DNA from: a virus
Reading direction: 5' to 3' (one strand)
DNA: 64,000 bases
Virus record (IMG/VR): IMGVR_UViG_3300015371_000001
Coordinates: 32,001-96,000 of that record
Every line of letters begins with the position of its first letter. Position 1 is the first letter of the stretch. The notes under the pieces are model-generated. The model made no database searches and had not been told where the DNA came from. It saw only the letters and a list, made by a program, of their open reading frames with translations. Shown here piece by piece: positions 17,910 through 27,354 of this stretch. A program made the position numbers and the translations under genes.

Positions 17910-18512
17910 ATGGAGGGACGGCCCGTGGGTCCGAACTACACCCACGAAACGATCCGTTGGATTCGAGAGAACGGCGGTAAGGCCAACTTCCTGGACGGCG
18001 GAGCCATCATGCTTGGTCCTGACGGTAGGACGGCCAAGCCGGGTGACACCATCGTCCATCTCGATGACGGCAACTTCACCATCTGGGAGAGCGGAGTACG
18101 TGATGCCGAGGGGGTATCAGAGCAAGAAGGACCGGGGTCGGGACACGAGGACGCCGGAGGGCCAGAAGATCGAGAGTCGGTACAAGGACTCGAACAAGGC
18201 GGTGCGGAACGCGAGGCGCGCTCAGCGCCGCGCAACGAAGGCGAGTCAGCCGAAGGCGAAGAAGGGTTGGTTCAGCTAGAAGCCAACCTGATCTGCCGTG
18301 CGGTCATGCCGGACGGCGATGCTGGCTGTGGTCGAGTGCCCGACGAGATCTCTGAGTACCAGCCGGAGTCGACCGGTGAACTGCTCTCGCCACGGGCGTA
18401 CGTGATGCGTGAGGAGGGCACCCTGAATCGGCAGAACGGGCACTTCCTTTGCACTTCGTGTTACATCAAGGCTGGACAGCCTTCAAGCCCCTGGGGGTGG
18501 ACGGCACCATGA
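17910..18512 (+). CDS. Hypothetical protein
   Basis: GGAGGCAGC-ATG start at 17910; C-terminal REEGTLN..FLCTSCY motif. Confidence 0.6.
   Translation: MEGRPVGPNYTHETIRWIRENGGKANFLDGGAIMLGPDGRTAKPGDTIVHLDDGNFTIWESGVRDAEGVSEQEGPGSGHEDAGGPEDRESVQGLEQGGAEREARSAPRNEGESAEGEEGLVQLEANLICRAVMPDGDAGCGRVPDEISEYQPESTGELLSPRAYVMREEGTLNRQNGHFLCTSCYIKAGQPSSPWGWTAP
18103..18279 (+). CDS. Nested 58-aa basic protein (MPRGYQSKKD...KKGWFS) in the +1 frame
   Basis: GGAG SD then ATG; GC3-rich codons, while the host frame is A3-rich over the same span. Confidence 0.55.
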   Translation: MPRGYQSKKDRGRDTRTPEGQKIESRYKDSNKAVRNARRAQRRATKASQPKAKKGWFS

Positions 18513-18898
18513 GCAACAAGGACGAGACGATCCGCAACTCGGGTCTGACGTGGTCATGGCGAATCGCATGGTTCTTGGTGACGGCGAGTGTCGTGTGCTT
18601 CATCTCGTGGGTGTCGCTTTGCACCTACACCAACATCCCGTACCCCAATTCGTACGGCGACGGACGTGGTTGGGGCGACATGGTCGGCCTCTACGTCGTG
18701 GTCAACATCATCTTGGTGATCGCCACCGTGCTCGCCTTCATCTGGCACTACGAGCTACGGACCGATGCTGCGGCTCAGGCCGAGAAGATCGTGGAGAAGG
18801 CAGCCAAGGCTGTGCTGACCGACGAGGAGTGGAACCGGGTTCGGAAGCGCGAGCGCGAGATGAAGCGCGAGGCGGACCGTAACCGGTACGGCTACTGA
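18509..18898 (+). CDS. Two-TM membrane protein
   Basis: ATGA overlap with the upstream stop; two hydrophobic helices. Confidence 0.7.
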   Translation: MSNKDETIRNSGLTWSWRIAWFLVTASVVCFISWVSLCTYTNIPYPNSYGDGRGWGDMVGLYVVVNIILVIATVLAFIWHYELRTDAAAQAEKIVEKAAKAVLTDEEWNRVRKREREMKREADRNRYGY

Positions 18899-19101
18899 TG
18901 GGCGTGAAGTGGCGGGCGTTCGTCCGAGGTATCGCCTCCATCGGTGAGGGTTGGGCGACCATGAATCCGTTCCCTGGTCCTCGTAAGCACGAGTCGACCT
19001 TCGAGAAGGATCTGGCGAAGTCCATCGAGCAGATGAAGCGTGGTGAGGGGACTGTTCGAATCCCCAAGCAGCGAGACGGGAGCCACGACGATGCACCATG
19101 A
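18898..19101 (+). CDS. Small hypothetical protein
   Basis: TGATG coupling to the upstream gene. Confidence 0.6.
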   Translation: MGVKWRAFVRGIASIGEGWATMNPFPGPRKHESTFEKDLAKSIEQMKRGEGTVRIPKQRDGSHDDAP

Positions 19102-19369
19102 GGAGGCGAGCCGGAAGGACGCCGAGATCGCCAAGGCGCAGCAACAGCGTGACAACTTGGCCAAGGAGCTATTCCTGGTCGAGTCCATCTTGGCGTCGGC
19201 GCTCGACTACCCCTGGGACATCGAGTACGGCTGGGCGACCGGTGACCACACCACGGTGACCTTGGCGATGACCGTACACCGCAAGCTGCGGCCCGACCAC
19301 GATCTCGAAGTGGTTGAGGATGACACCGACAAGGTCGCGTACGCCACGGAGAAGGTGCCGCCACGATGA
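19091..19369 (+). CDS. Hypothetical protein
   Basis: GGGAG SD, ATG at 19091; tiles with neighbours. Confidence 0.6.
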   Translation: MHHEEASRKDAEIAKAQQQRDNLAKELFLVESILASALDYPWDIEYGWATGDHTTVTLAMTVHRKLRPDHDLEVVEDDTDKVAYATEKVPPR

Positions 19370-19533
19370 GGTTCGCCAATGTGGTGGCCTGCTTCGTTGG
19401 TCGGCCACGGTGTTATCGGCAGAGGGAGGATGGCATCGACTTCGCGATGTGTCGTTATTGTCACCGTCAGGCCGAAGTTCACGATTTCGGTGGACCTCGA
19501 CCTCGACCGCGCATGGTGGGTGAAGGACCATGA
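19366..19533 (+). CDS. Small Cys-containing protein (55 aa, MRFANVVAC...)
   Basis: ATGA overlaps at both ends; below the ORF-track length cutoff. Confidence 0.55.
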   Translation: MRFANVVACFVGRPRCYRQREDGIDFAMCRYCHRQAEVHDFGGPRPRPRMVGEGP

Positions 19534-19817
19534 TCCTCATTGCCTTGGTGTTGGCCGTCTCCAACTTGGCGCTGATCTTCGTGGTGATGATCCAACGCAT
19601 CGCGATCCGTGATCTTGGTGATCGAGTTCACTCGCTGGAGAACACCGCAGTCGGCAGTGATGGGTTGACTGGCTTCGAGCGGCAGTTGATCGCGGAGAAG
19701 TGGTGGAACGACCAGCAGGAGGGCGCTGACGCCATTGTGAGCGCCGCTGAGGCGTACCGCAGGGCTAACAAGCGCCACATCATCCCAGACGGTCAGGAGG
19801 ACGGTGAGCCGGGATGA
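19530..19817 (+). CDS. Single-TM hypothetical protein
   Basis: N-terminal TM helix; ATGA overlaps. Confidence 0.65.
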   Translation: MILIALVLAVSNLALIFVVMIQRIAIRDLGDRVHSLENTAVGSDGLTGFERQLIAEKWWNDQQEGADAIVSAAEAYRRANKRHIIPDGQEDGEPG

Positions 19818-20167
19818 CGGCCCATCGAACGACCGAGTACTTGGTCGTTCCGACTGGCTTCGAGACGGCCACGGCTCCGGAGAAGATGGCCTGGGGCTTG
19901 GACTGGACTTGGACCGTGGCCTGGCGTGGGACCGACACGGACTTCTGGCACGGCTGGGCGATCTGTCACGGTGGCCGGTGCATGAACCACGACGGCGAGT
20001 GGGAGCACGAGCCTTCGCCGTCGAATCGAGATCATGATTTCCTGGCTCGATGCCGGTGGGTCTACCCGAGCGAGGCATTGAGTTTCGCCCACCATCGAAT
20101 CGACTACTTCAAGGTCAACGGCAGGACGTTCGCTGAGGTGCTTGGTCGTGACGATTACCGAGACTGA
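19814..20167 (+). CDS. Trp-rich hypothetical protein
   Basis: WAI..GRCMNHDGEWEHEPSPSNRDHDFLARCR; ATGA overlap. Confidence 0.7.
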   Translation: MTAHRTTEYLVVPTGFETATAPEKMAWGLDWTWTVAWRGTDTDFWHGWAICHGGRCMNHDGEWEHEPSPSNRDHDFLARCRWVYPSEALSFAHHRIDYFKVNGRTFAEVLGRDDYRD

Positions 20168-20423
20168 GATCGATCCGCTACTTGACTTCGATCCAGGGAT
20201 TCCGTGCAGGGGCGCGTTGCACATGCGCGGCATCGAATGTGGTGCCGAGGCCGAATGGATTCTCTACCTCGCGGAGTGCTGCGTCCGACGTGTGTGCATG
20301 GCGTTGATGTTCTGCTCGCCGTGCAAGGACAAGTGGCTGGACGGCAAGGTCGGCAAGTGCTTCTGGTGTGGCTTCGAGTGGCGACCGCGCCGTCATGCTG
20401 TCACGAGGATCGAACCTCTGTGA
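20148..20423 (+). CDS. Cys-rich (zinc-binding) hypothetical protein
   Basis: CC, CSPC and CFWC motifs. Confidence 0.6.
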   Translation: MTITETEIDPLLDFDPGIPCRGALHMRGIECGAEAEWILYLAECCVRRVCMALMFCSPCKDKWLDGKVGKCFWCGFEWRPRRHAVTRIEPL

Positions 20424-20614
20424 CCATCCCTGAGCCGGACTTCATGTTCCTGACGCAGTACGGGCGTCGGCGACACGCTCGGAACTTCGGCAATCGCAGC
20501 ATCACGGTCTGCGGTAAGGAGATCGATTACGCCGCCACGACTGAGGGCCGCGAGATCGTCTACACCTTGAAGCCCTGTGGTAGGTGCATCTCCTACCGTT
20601 CGAGGACTCGATGA
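20420..20614 (+). CDS. Small zinc-finger-like protein
   Basis: GTGA overlap; RH..TVCG..PCGRC. Confidence 0.55.
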   Translation: MTIPEPDFMFLTQYGRRRHARNFGNRSITVCGKEIDYAATTEGREIVYTLKPCGRCISYRSRTR

Positions 20615-20823
20615 TCGACTACGGGATGACCCAAGAGCCGTGGTGGCCAAAGTGCGGGCAGGAGATGTATTCCGACGGACCGGTCTGCACTCGACCGATG
20701 GGGCACCTCGCCATTGGTGATTCTGCTCGACCACGAGAAGGTCATCCGTGGTCGTATCACCGTGATGATGCCAAGCGTCGATTCTGGCGCTGGGAGCGTT
20801 GGCCGGGAGGCTGTAATCGCTGA
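20611..20823 (+). CDS. Small hypothetical protein
   Basis: ATGA overlap; C..CTRPMGH..H motif. Confidence 0.55.
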   Translation: MIDYGMTQEPWWPKCGQEMYSDGPVCTRPMGHLAIGDSARPREGHPWSYHRDDAKRRFWRWERWPGGCNR

Positions 20824-20855
20824 GGATGGGTTGACGTTCGTCCGCTAATCATTAG

Positions 20856-21776
20856 GTGACGACGTTCGGGATCGACGTATCCCACCATCAACCAGATTTC
20901 AACTTCGACGCAGCCGCCGCCGAGGGCATCAAGTTCTGTTACTGCAAGGTCTCCGAGGGCCGTGAAGTACGCGACGAGCGATGGCCGGAGTACCGGGAGC
21001 ACGCGCTCAGCGCTGGGCTCTATGTGGCTGGATACCACTTTTTGCGCTCCGACTCCCCACCGGAGGATCAGGCGCGTAACGCCATCGGTTGGCTGGGCAA
21101 GCACACTCCTCTGATTCTCGATGTCGAGGAGGACAAGAGCCCCAAGAGTCAGCCGACGCTGAAGCACGTCCAGGAGTTCATCTCAGCGGCCAAGGAATTG
21201 GACGCCGAGGTGTCGATGGTCTACCTCCCGTTCTGGTACTGGAAGTGGATCGACCAGAACCACAAGGACTCCGACCTCAAGCCACTGCCGCCGATTATCT
21301 CCTCGGACTATGGCGTCGACACCGTCGGTCCGTACCGGGAGATCTACCCAGGCGACGACTCCACGCGATGGAAGGCGTACGGCGGCGTGACGCCGACGAT
21401 CCTCCAGTACGGATCTCGCGCTTCGGTGGCTAGCCAGCGAGTCGACGTGAACGCCTTCCGAGGGCCAGCGGCCAAGCTCGCGAAGTGGTTCCGTAGCCCT
21501 CCGGGCGAGTCGACCTTCAGCCTGGACGAAGTGCTAAATCCTCATGCTGACGAAGAAGATCAGGTCACCTTCCGGCAGTGCCTCCTCAGCGCGTACCGGT
21601 TGTCGGATCGCTTCGAGCGATTCGCCGAGGCGCAGCGCCGCCGCGTCGCCGCCGAAGTACGCCGCGACGAGGACAACTTGGAGGCGATCAAGGCTGAGAT
21701 CCACAAGCTCAACGGCGGCAAGAAGCTCACCAAGCAGGACGTGGTCAACGACCTCATCGACCGTCTGAAGGACTGA
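20856..21776 (+). CDS. Endolysin, GH25 muramidase
   Basis: FGIDVSHHQ, KVSEG, GYHF, LILDVEE and LQYGS..VDVNAF motifs; CCGCTAA lies 7 nt upstream of the GTG. Confidence 0.9.
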   Translation: MTTFGIDVSHHQPDFNFDAAAAEGIKFCYCKVSEGREVRDERWPEYREHALSAGLYVAGYHFLRSDSPPEDQARNAIGWLGKHTPLILDVEEDKSPKSQPTLKHVQEFISAAKELDAEVSMVYLPFWYWKWIDQNHKDSDLKPLPPIISSDYGVDTVGPYREIYPGDDSTRWKAYGGVTPTILQYGSRASVASQRVDVNAFRGPAAKLAKWFRSPPGESTFSLDEVLNPHADEEDQVTFRQCLLSAYRLSDRFERFAEAQRRRVAAEVRRDEDNLEAIKAEIHKLNGGKKLTKQDVVNDLIDRLKD

Positions 21777-21879
21777 GCCGAACAGCTAGTGATTCGGTAC
21801 GCGACCGGGTATCAAAGTGTCAGAGAGTGGGTTCGGCCTGCCCGATTCTCCGCTCCGATAATTCCTACGAGGAGGACCA

Positions 21880-22386
21880 ATGCCGAGTAAGCAGACCGCC
21901 CAGGTGGTGGACCCGACCAAGGAGAAGTCGCCCGAGCAGATTGCCCGCGAGATCGAGGCCGACAAGCTCGCCCAGAAGGCTGGTCGCGAGGAGCCCAAGA
22001 CGGAGACCTTGGAGAAGGCCGACGACGGCGAACACACCATCTTGATCCACTTCATCAAGGAGGCCGGTTTCACCGCTTTGGCTCGTGTCTGGTACCGGGC
22101 TCAGGAGATCGAGTTCTCCATCCCCGACGGCGAGAGCTACAAGGACACCTTCGACCGCAAGGGACGGTCCTGGCTGGTCTCCCAGAAGGCGACCAAGAAC
22201 GACAAGGGCGAGTGGGTCTACCCGAGCGAGGTCACCGTCCTGGACGACTACCAGCAGGCCGAGCGCTGGGGCGAGATCGTGTACCGCGAGGGACCGTGGC
22301 GCGGCAAGGGCTGGGACGAGGATCAGGCAGCGCTCAAGGAGCGCGAGCGCAACCGCGCAGCGCCGGTCCTGGACAAGCGGGTGTAG
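21880..22386 (+). CDS. Hypothetical protein, probably virion-associated
   Basis: CCGATAA at 21855 plus GAGGAGG SD; lies before the head-tail adaptor. Confidence 0.7.
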   Translation: MPSKQTAQVVDPTKEKSPEQIAREIEADKLAQKAGREEPKTETLEKADDGEHTILIHFIKEAGFTALARVWYRAQEIEFSIPDGESYKDTFDRKGRSWLVSQKATKNDKGEWVYPSEVTVLDDYQQAERWGEIVYREGPWRGKGWDEDQAALKERERNRAAPVLDKRV

Positions 22387-22389
22387 ACC

Positions 22390-22545
22390 ATGTTCTTCGA
22401 GGTCTGGATTTCAGGTCTGGTGGCCGGAGTCCTTGGTGTGGGCATCGGCATCTCGATTCACCTGGCTCACATCAGGGCCACGGTGGAATCGATCCGTGCG
22501 CAGTTGGCGCGTGAGGAGTTCCTACGGGAGAGGGAGCGCCGTTGA
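22390..22545 (+). CDS. Small single-TM protein (51 aa)
   Basis: MFFEVWISGLVAGVLGVGIGISIHL...; fills the intergenic gap. Confidence 0.5.
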   Translation: MFFEVWISGLVAGVLGVGIGISIHLAHIRATVESIRAQLAREEFLRERERR

Positions 22546-22617
22546 TTCGTCTGCTAGAAGCTTCCGATCCTCAGACAAGCCCTTAGTACGCGAATACGAG
22601 TCCCAAGGAGAACCAGC

Positions 22618-23157
22618 ATGGCACTCTGGAGCCCCACAGTGGACGATCTGGCTGGCTTTACCGGCGAGGTCGGGGCCTCCTACGAGCCCTTCGTCCAGCG
22701 CGCTCTGAGCGACGCTGTGCTGTTGTTCTCCTGGGCTTCCTGTATCGAAGAACTGCCTGATCAGGGCACCAACGAAGGCGACCTCATCCGTAACGGAATC
22801 CTGGCGATGGCGGACAGCCTCTACACCAGTCAGGATCAGCGCAACGTCACCTCCGGACCGTTCCAGTCCGAGACCATCGGCTCCTACAGCTACTCGCTGC
22901 GACAGGCGACGCAGGCGGTTCAAGCCTCCTCCCCTACCGGGGTGGGCTGGTTCGATATGGCCGTGGAGTTCCTAGGCGTCTGCTCCAGGACCCGCAACAC
23001 CGTGCTCGGCTCCAGCAAGATCCTGTTCGAGGACGACCTGCCGTGGCACACGCACACAGACGGCAAGATCCATCTGCTAGGACCCGCCGACTTCAAGCAA
23101 CCGTTCCCTCCGAGTTGGTGGTCCATCCCGAAGTCCTACGTGCCGGATGGGAACTAG
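22618..23157 (+). CDS. Head-to-tail adaptor
   Basis: FQSETIGSYSYS motif typical of actinophage adaptors. Confidence 0.75.
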   Translation: MALWSPTVDDLAGFTGEVGASYEPFVQRALSDAVLLFSWASCIEELPDQGTNEGDLIRNGILAMADSLYTSQDQRNVTSGPFQSETIGSYSYSLRQATQAVQASSPTGVGWFDMAVEFLGVCSRTRNTVLGSSKILFEDDLPWHTHTDGKIHLLGPADFKQPFPPSWWSIPKSYVPDGN

Positions 23158-23161
23158 CCCA

Positions 23162-23533
23162 ATGCGCCATCTGTTCAACTCCACCCTCTCGGTCTATCGC
23201 CTCGTGCGTACGCAGAACAAGGGAGCCGCCACCGTGGAGTGGCGCGCCACAGGGATCACCTTCGATGCTCGTCTCGACCTGACCTTCGTCAGACCGGGCA
23301 AAGACTCAGTCCCCCCTGCCGAAGCAGGCAAAGCCCCTGATCGTAACGGTCTGCTGATCTATTCCAACGACACAATCCTTAGAGCCTCAGACAGACTCAA
23401 GGTCCTCGAAGGACCTCATACCCCAGGCTGGTTCGAGATCAGAGCCATCCCAGATCCAGCCCAGGGCTACTCAAATGCCCACCACATGGAAGTCCAGGTA
23501 TTCGAGGTGGCCCAGCAGGTGGCCACCGTCTGA
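23162..23533 (+). CDS. Head-to-tail stopper
   Basis: ~123 aa beta-rich, LRASDRL...HHMEVQV; follows the adaptor. Confidence 0.7.
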   Translation: MRHLFNSTLSVYRLVRTQNKGAATVEWRATGITFDARLDLTFVRPGKDSVPPAEAGKAPDRNGLLIYSNDTILRASDRLKVLEGPHTPGWFEIRAIPDPAQGYSNAHHMEVQVFEVAQQVATV

Positions 23534-23557
23534 CCCGTAGGGGGGAGAGAACCTACC

Positions 23558-24067
23558 GTGCTGACCAAGATTGAGGTACCCACCCGTACTGCCCGTAGGG
23601 CGTACAACGGATCGCCCTCCACCTTGATCCAGGCTCTCAAGCACCGTGCGATCCAGCGTCCCAACCGACCGAGAGCGCACGGACCTGCTAATACTCCACG
23701 CTCAGATCACAGCAGATCCAGCAGGGGAAAATCCACCGGACCTGCTAACCCTCCCGGCTCAAACCACGGTGGTTCCTTACAGGAGCCGAGTGCCGGGAAT
23801 GTGCTGAGCCCAGGGTTCAGCTACCTCCCCGAGGAGTACGAACCGTTGCTGACCAGGCGCGAGAAGCAGATTCTCGCGGCCTGGGGGCTCGGGACCGTGG
23901 CGTTCAGCGTGATCGACACGGTCTGCCACACCAGGTGGCCGACCTACAGCACCTTCCTGCGCTGGGGATTCAGGACGGAGCACCCGATTGGGCGGGTCAC
24001 CCTGGGGATCTCCCTGGTGGTGCTCTACGCACATCTGGCGAGAACGCCACGAAACCGGCGGGCATAA
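23558..24067 (+). CDS. Hypothetical membrane protein (true start may be internal)
   Basis: C-terminal hydrophobic helices; low-complexity N-terminus. Confidence 0.45.
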   Translation: MLTKIEVPTRTARRAYNGSPSTLIQALKHRAIQRPNRPRAHGPANTPRSDHSRSSRGKSTGPANPPGSNHGGSLQEPSAGNVLSPGFSYLPEEYEPLLTRREKQILAAWGLGTVAFSVIDTVCHTRWPTYSTFLRWGFRTEHPIGRVTLGISLVVLYAHLARTPRNRRA

Positions 24068-24108
24068 GGGACGAACCCAAAATACCTGTCTCAGCTAAAG
24101 GAGTTCGA

Positions 24109-24435
24109 ATGCCAACCACCGAGGCGCAGCGCCAGGCGAACCAGCGCTACAAGGCCAAGCGAGCGGCGTTGCTGTCCCTTGATCCAGGTGTCGTAGAGCA
24201 CGGGTCTGAGGACACGTACCAGAATTGGGGCTGTCGGTGCGAGGCGTGCAAGGCGGGGAACGCTGCGCGTGCGCTGGAGCGCCGTCAGGAGCGAAAGCTG
24301 CGGCTGGAGGCCGATCCCACGCTCACCGAGCACGGGAAGGAGTCCACCTACGTGAATTGGCTGTGCCGGTGCGGGGATTGCACTGCGGCGATGAGTAGGA
24401 AACGACATGCAGCAGGGCCCGGACAGCGTCACTGA
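24109..24435 (+). CDS. Tandem HG-x4-Y-x4-CRCxxC zinc-finger protein
   Basis: AAGGAG SD; HGSEDTYQNWGCRCEAC and HGKESTYVNWLCRCGDC. Confidence 0.75.
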   Translation: MPTTEAQRQANQRYKAKRAALLSLDPGVVEHGSEDTYQNWGCRCEACKAGNAARALERRQERKLRLEADPTLTEHGKESTYVNWLCRCGDCTAAMSRKRHAAGPGQRH

Positions 24436-24551
24436 GCATGTCTGATCGTCTACGCACCTCTGATTCGGTCCCAGGGAGAGCGAAGCTGTAACTAGGGTGC
24501 AATAGGCATAGGGGTACATAAGGGTGAGCGTTTGAGACATGGAGGTGCGAG

Positions 24552-24929
24552 ATGCAGGTGATCCAGGTCAAGATCGATGCCTCTGAGGTATCGCATGAGC
24601 TAGACCGTCTGTCAGGGCACCCCACCCACTCCTTGATCGCTCTAGAGGCCGCCCTAGAGGCCACCTTCGAGGCGACCCAACTCGATGTGCATGTCATCAC
24701 CGGGTCACTACGCAATAGTGGTAAATCGGAATCTGGGTATCACAATGACCAATGGGAGGGGACGATTCAGTACGGGGGTAGAGCACCAGGTAGCCCACAT
24801 GCACAGGTGGATTATGCGTTCTATGAGTGGAGAAGGGGTGGAACGCATGATTTCCTGCGCGCAGTACCGGGGTTTAGAGAGACCTTTGCCGATGCAGTAG
24901 AGGCCCACTTCAATCCCAACGCTGTATAA
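24552..24929 (+). CDS. Neck / tail-completion protein (HK97 gp10-like)
   Basis: VHVITGSLRNSG and DYAFYE motifs; GGAGG SD; synteny. Confidence 0.65.
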   Translation: MQVIQVKIDASEVSHELDRLSGHPTHSLIALEAALEATFEATQLDVHVITGSLRNSGKSESGYHNDQWEGTIQYGGRAPGSPHAQVDYAFYEWRRGGTHDFLRAVPGFRETFADAVEAHFNPNAV

Positions 24930-25005
24930 CAAGGGGCATAAGGATCAATGCGACCGGGTCACGTTTCGCTTATGTCACTTGTGATAAGAGAGGGTGGATA
25001 GATAC

Positions 25006-25485
25006 ATGACTGTAGTGCAGACAGACGACCTATTGAGCGCAGCACAGCAGTACCTTGCAGCGCAGTCTGATCTGACAGCACTGCTCGGGTCGGACAGCAC
25101 CTTTGATACATGGATCTTCAGGGAGGAGCTACTTGCCCCGGTCGAGACCACCGGCAAGGCGGCATTGTGTCTGCTACAGCAAGGGCAGTGGGCAACCCCG
25201 AACGACCACAACACGCTGCGCTTCCCCGTCCTCACCGTCGAGATCTATGTCGACCCACCCAGGGACAGCGAAGGCAACCCCACCACCACGTCCGTTTCAT
25301 CCCAGATCGATCACCTCTTTAGGGTGGTCGATCAGTACCTCCACCGTCCCCAGGGAGGGGAGCAACTGTGGGGGGACCTCCTCACGTACGGCTCACTGCG
25401 TGCCAGTGAGCCGTCCAGATTCCCCTGGGCGGATGTCGACAAGACCCAGGTGGTGCGGGTCGCCTACAACGTCAACATGGGGTAG
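25006..25485 (+). CDS. Tail terminator-like protein
   Basis: YLAAQSDLTALLG N-terminus; size and position after the neck gene. Confidence 0.6.
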   Translation: MTVVQTDDLLSAAQQYLAAQSDLTALLGSDSTFDTWIFREELLAPVETTGKAALCLLQQGQWATPNDHNTLRFPVLTVEIYVDPPRDSEGNPTTTSVSSQIDHLFRVVDQYLHRPQGGEQLWGDLLTYGSLRASEPSRFPWADVDKTQVVRVAYNVNMG

Positions 25486-25492
25486 CCACGAA

Positions 25493-25530
25493 GGAGGGTG
25501 ACCATCCCGGATGGTCACCCTCCCGCATTT
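25493..25530 (+). terminator. Perfect 31-bp palindrome, probable terminator
   Basis: GGAGGGTGACCATCC-C-GGATGGTCACCCTCC followed by CGCATTTT. Confidence 0.65.
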
Positions 25531-25717
25531 TGGATTCAGTTTTTGACTAGAGCGGGTCCCCTCGATTTCAGATCTGCGAAAGATGACCTCACCAGGATCG
25601 TGGGGTGTGATGGACTCTCTACCGATAGATAGAGAACCCCGTAGCGCCACAGCAACCCACCTACGCATCACCTCCTAGACCCGGTAGACTCAACACACCG
25701 ATACATATGGAGGCAGC

Positions 25718-26092
25718 ATGAGCATGATTGACGCGCAGCAAGCGTCGAAGGAGCAGGTGGCCGACCTGCTCGACAAGACAGCGGACTGGTTCGACACGCA
25801 CAAGTGGATGAGGGGGGACTTCTTCACCAAGGACCGCTCTGCGGCGTGTGCGTACGGGGCCATGAAGATCGTCGGCGGGGTGGACAAGGCTCGGGCCGGG
25901 GACCCGGAGTGGTCGATCCGGAACGAGGTGGTCTGGGAGGGGCGCGAGGCGTTCGAGAAGTGCCTGCGCAAGGACTACGGGCCGACCGCCATCGGGGTCT
26001 ACACCTGGAACGACGAGCAGGCGAAGGACAAGCGCACGGTGCAGCGAGCGCTGCGTCGGTGCGCACGTCGCCTGAGGGGTGGCAAGTCGTGA
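25718..26092 (+). CDS. 'GWxQ...WND' paralog family protein
   Basis: ADWFDTHKWMRG..ACAYGA..YTWNDEQAKDKRTVQRALR; GGAGGCAGC-ATG; TAGACT upstream. Confidence 0.75.
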   Translation: MSMIDAQQASKEQVADLLDKTADWFDTHKWMRGDFFTKDRSAACAYGAMKIVGGVDKARAGDPEWSIRNEVVWEGREAFEKCLRKDYGPTAIGVYTWNDEQAKDKRTVQRALRRCARRLRGGKS

Positions 26093-26340
26093 TGAGTGCG
26101 GAGAGCGAGAAGATCTGGAGCGGCGTCGTCAAGGTCCTGATCGCGGCGGTGACGCTGGTGGTCGCGCTGATCGTGGCCGGGGTGGTGATCACGTCGGTGA
26201 AGGCGTCGGACTCCAAGTTGCCGTCCTGCAACCCCTACGAGGTGATCGTGGGCTCGGGCGACTACGACGCTGCCAGCGGGGAGTGGGATACTTACACCTG
26301 TAAGCCGGTTGCCGAGCTACAACCCGAGGGGTCGTCATGA
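26092..26340 (+). CDS. Single-TM protein
   Basis: TGATG coupling; TM helix followed by a small Cys-pair domain. Confidence 0.65.
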   Translation: MSAESEKIWSGVVKVLIAAVTLVVALIVAGVVITSVKASDSKLPSCNPYEVIVGSGDYDAASGEWDTYTCKPVAELQPEGSS

Positions 26341-26618
26341 GCCGTCTGAGCGCGAAGCTGACCTACGAGGAGAACGTGCGCTTGAACAAGGCGTTCTACG
26401 TCTGCATGATCCTGACGCTCGCTGTCGTGGCGGGTGCGTTCGTGCCAGGCGTGTCTGACTGGCTGTTCTTGGTGCTGGTCGTCGCCGACGCGGTGGCCCT
26501 GGCGGTCTGGGCGTTCATGATCTACAGCGCGAGCAAGGCGGTGAAGTCGCGCGAGAAGATCGAGTTCACCGACGACCCGAACGACACGGGTGGGTACGAC
26601 GGGCGAGTTCAGGAATGA
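26337..26618 (+). CDS. Two-TM membrane protein
   Basis: ATGA overlap; two hydrophobic helices. Confidence 0.65.
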   Translation: MSRLSAKLTYEENVRLNKAFYVCMILTLAVVAGAFVPGVSDWLFLVLVVADAVALAVWAFMIYSASKAVKSREKIEFTDDPNDTGGYDGRVQE

Positions 26619-26788
26619 AGCGCTTCTACTGCGCGCGGTGTGTCGAGTGCGCTGGCTGGTACCAGGCGCAGGAGACGACGGGGCACATCTCGCTGACGGT
26701 GATCCGGGAGATTTCGCGGCACTTCACCGAGCACGAGGATCACAGCGTGTTGGTGTGGATTGAGCAGAGAGCCACAGACGGCGATTAG
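26615..26788 (+). CDS. Small Cys/His protein (57 aa, MKRFYCARCVEC...)
   Basis: ATGA overlap; below the ORF-track length cutoff. Confidence 0.5.
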   Translation: MKRFYCARCVECAGWYQAQETTGHISLTVIREISRHFTEHEDHSVLVWIEQRATDGD

Positions 26789-26919
26789 AGACACGCGACC
26801 CCCTTCCGTGGGTAGTTGGGCGGAGGGGGGTCTGTTCGCGTCTGAGAGGTGCCACAGCGTCGCAGTATGAGGGCAAGGAAGATGAGTCACTGCTGGGTAT
26901 AAGGAACCTGGAGGTGACG

Positions 26920-27354
26920 ATGAGCAAGGGCGCGCACAAGCTGGGCAAGGGAGAGGTCGTGGAGAACGGTTCGTGGGGCTCTGGCAGACCTGAGATCCGG
27001 GCGTTGCAGGACCAGGTGGCCGGATGGGCGGCGGACAAGCCGTTCAAGCAGAAGGGGAATCCGGCGATGGCGGGGTGCAAGCTGGCCGAGGAGGTCGGGG
27101 AAGCGCTCGGGTGCCTGGTTCGGATGGAGCAGGGGGTTCAGGCTCCGCCCGACTACTGGCTGGGGCGGCTGGCGCAGGAGCTAGGCGATGTCCAGATCAT
27201 CCTGAGCCGACTGGCTGACGTGGTGGGGCTGGATCTGAGCGTGTGCGCCTGGAATCGGTGGTCCGAGGTCTCACAGCGCGACGTGATGGCTCCGCGTACG
27301 CCGGAGGAGCGGCAGGCGGCGGCGCTGGCCGGGTGGACGGTGGCGGATGAGTGA
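26920..27354 (+). CDS. MazG-like nucleotide pyrophosphohydrolase
   Basis: KLAEEVGE...QELGDV motif; GGAGG SD. Confidence 0.85.
   Translation: MSKGAHKLGKGEVVENGSWGSGRPEIRALQDQVAGWAADKPFKQKGNPAMAGCKLAEEVGEALGCLVRMEQGVQAPPDYWLGRLAQELGDVQIILSRLADVVGLDLSVCAWNRWSEVSQRDVMAPRTPEERQAAALAGWTVADE

Noticed and set aside
23680-23748. Direct repeat CGGACCTGCTAA (two copies)
   Set aside because: Only two copies, encoding GPAN in frame; too weak to call iterons
25493-25523. Protelomerase target (hairpin telomere)
   Set aside because: No protelomerase in the window; its position after a stop codon with a following T-tract fits a terminator
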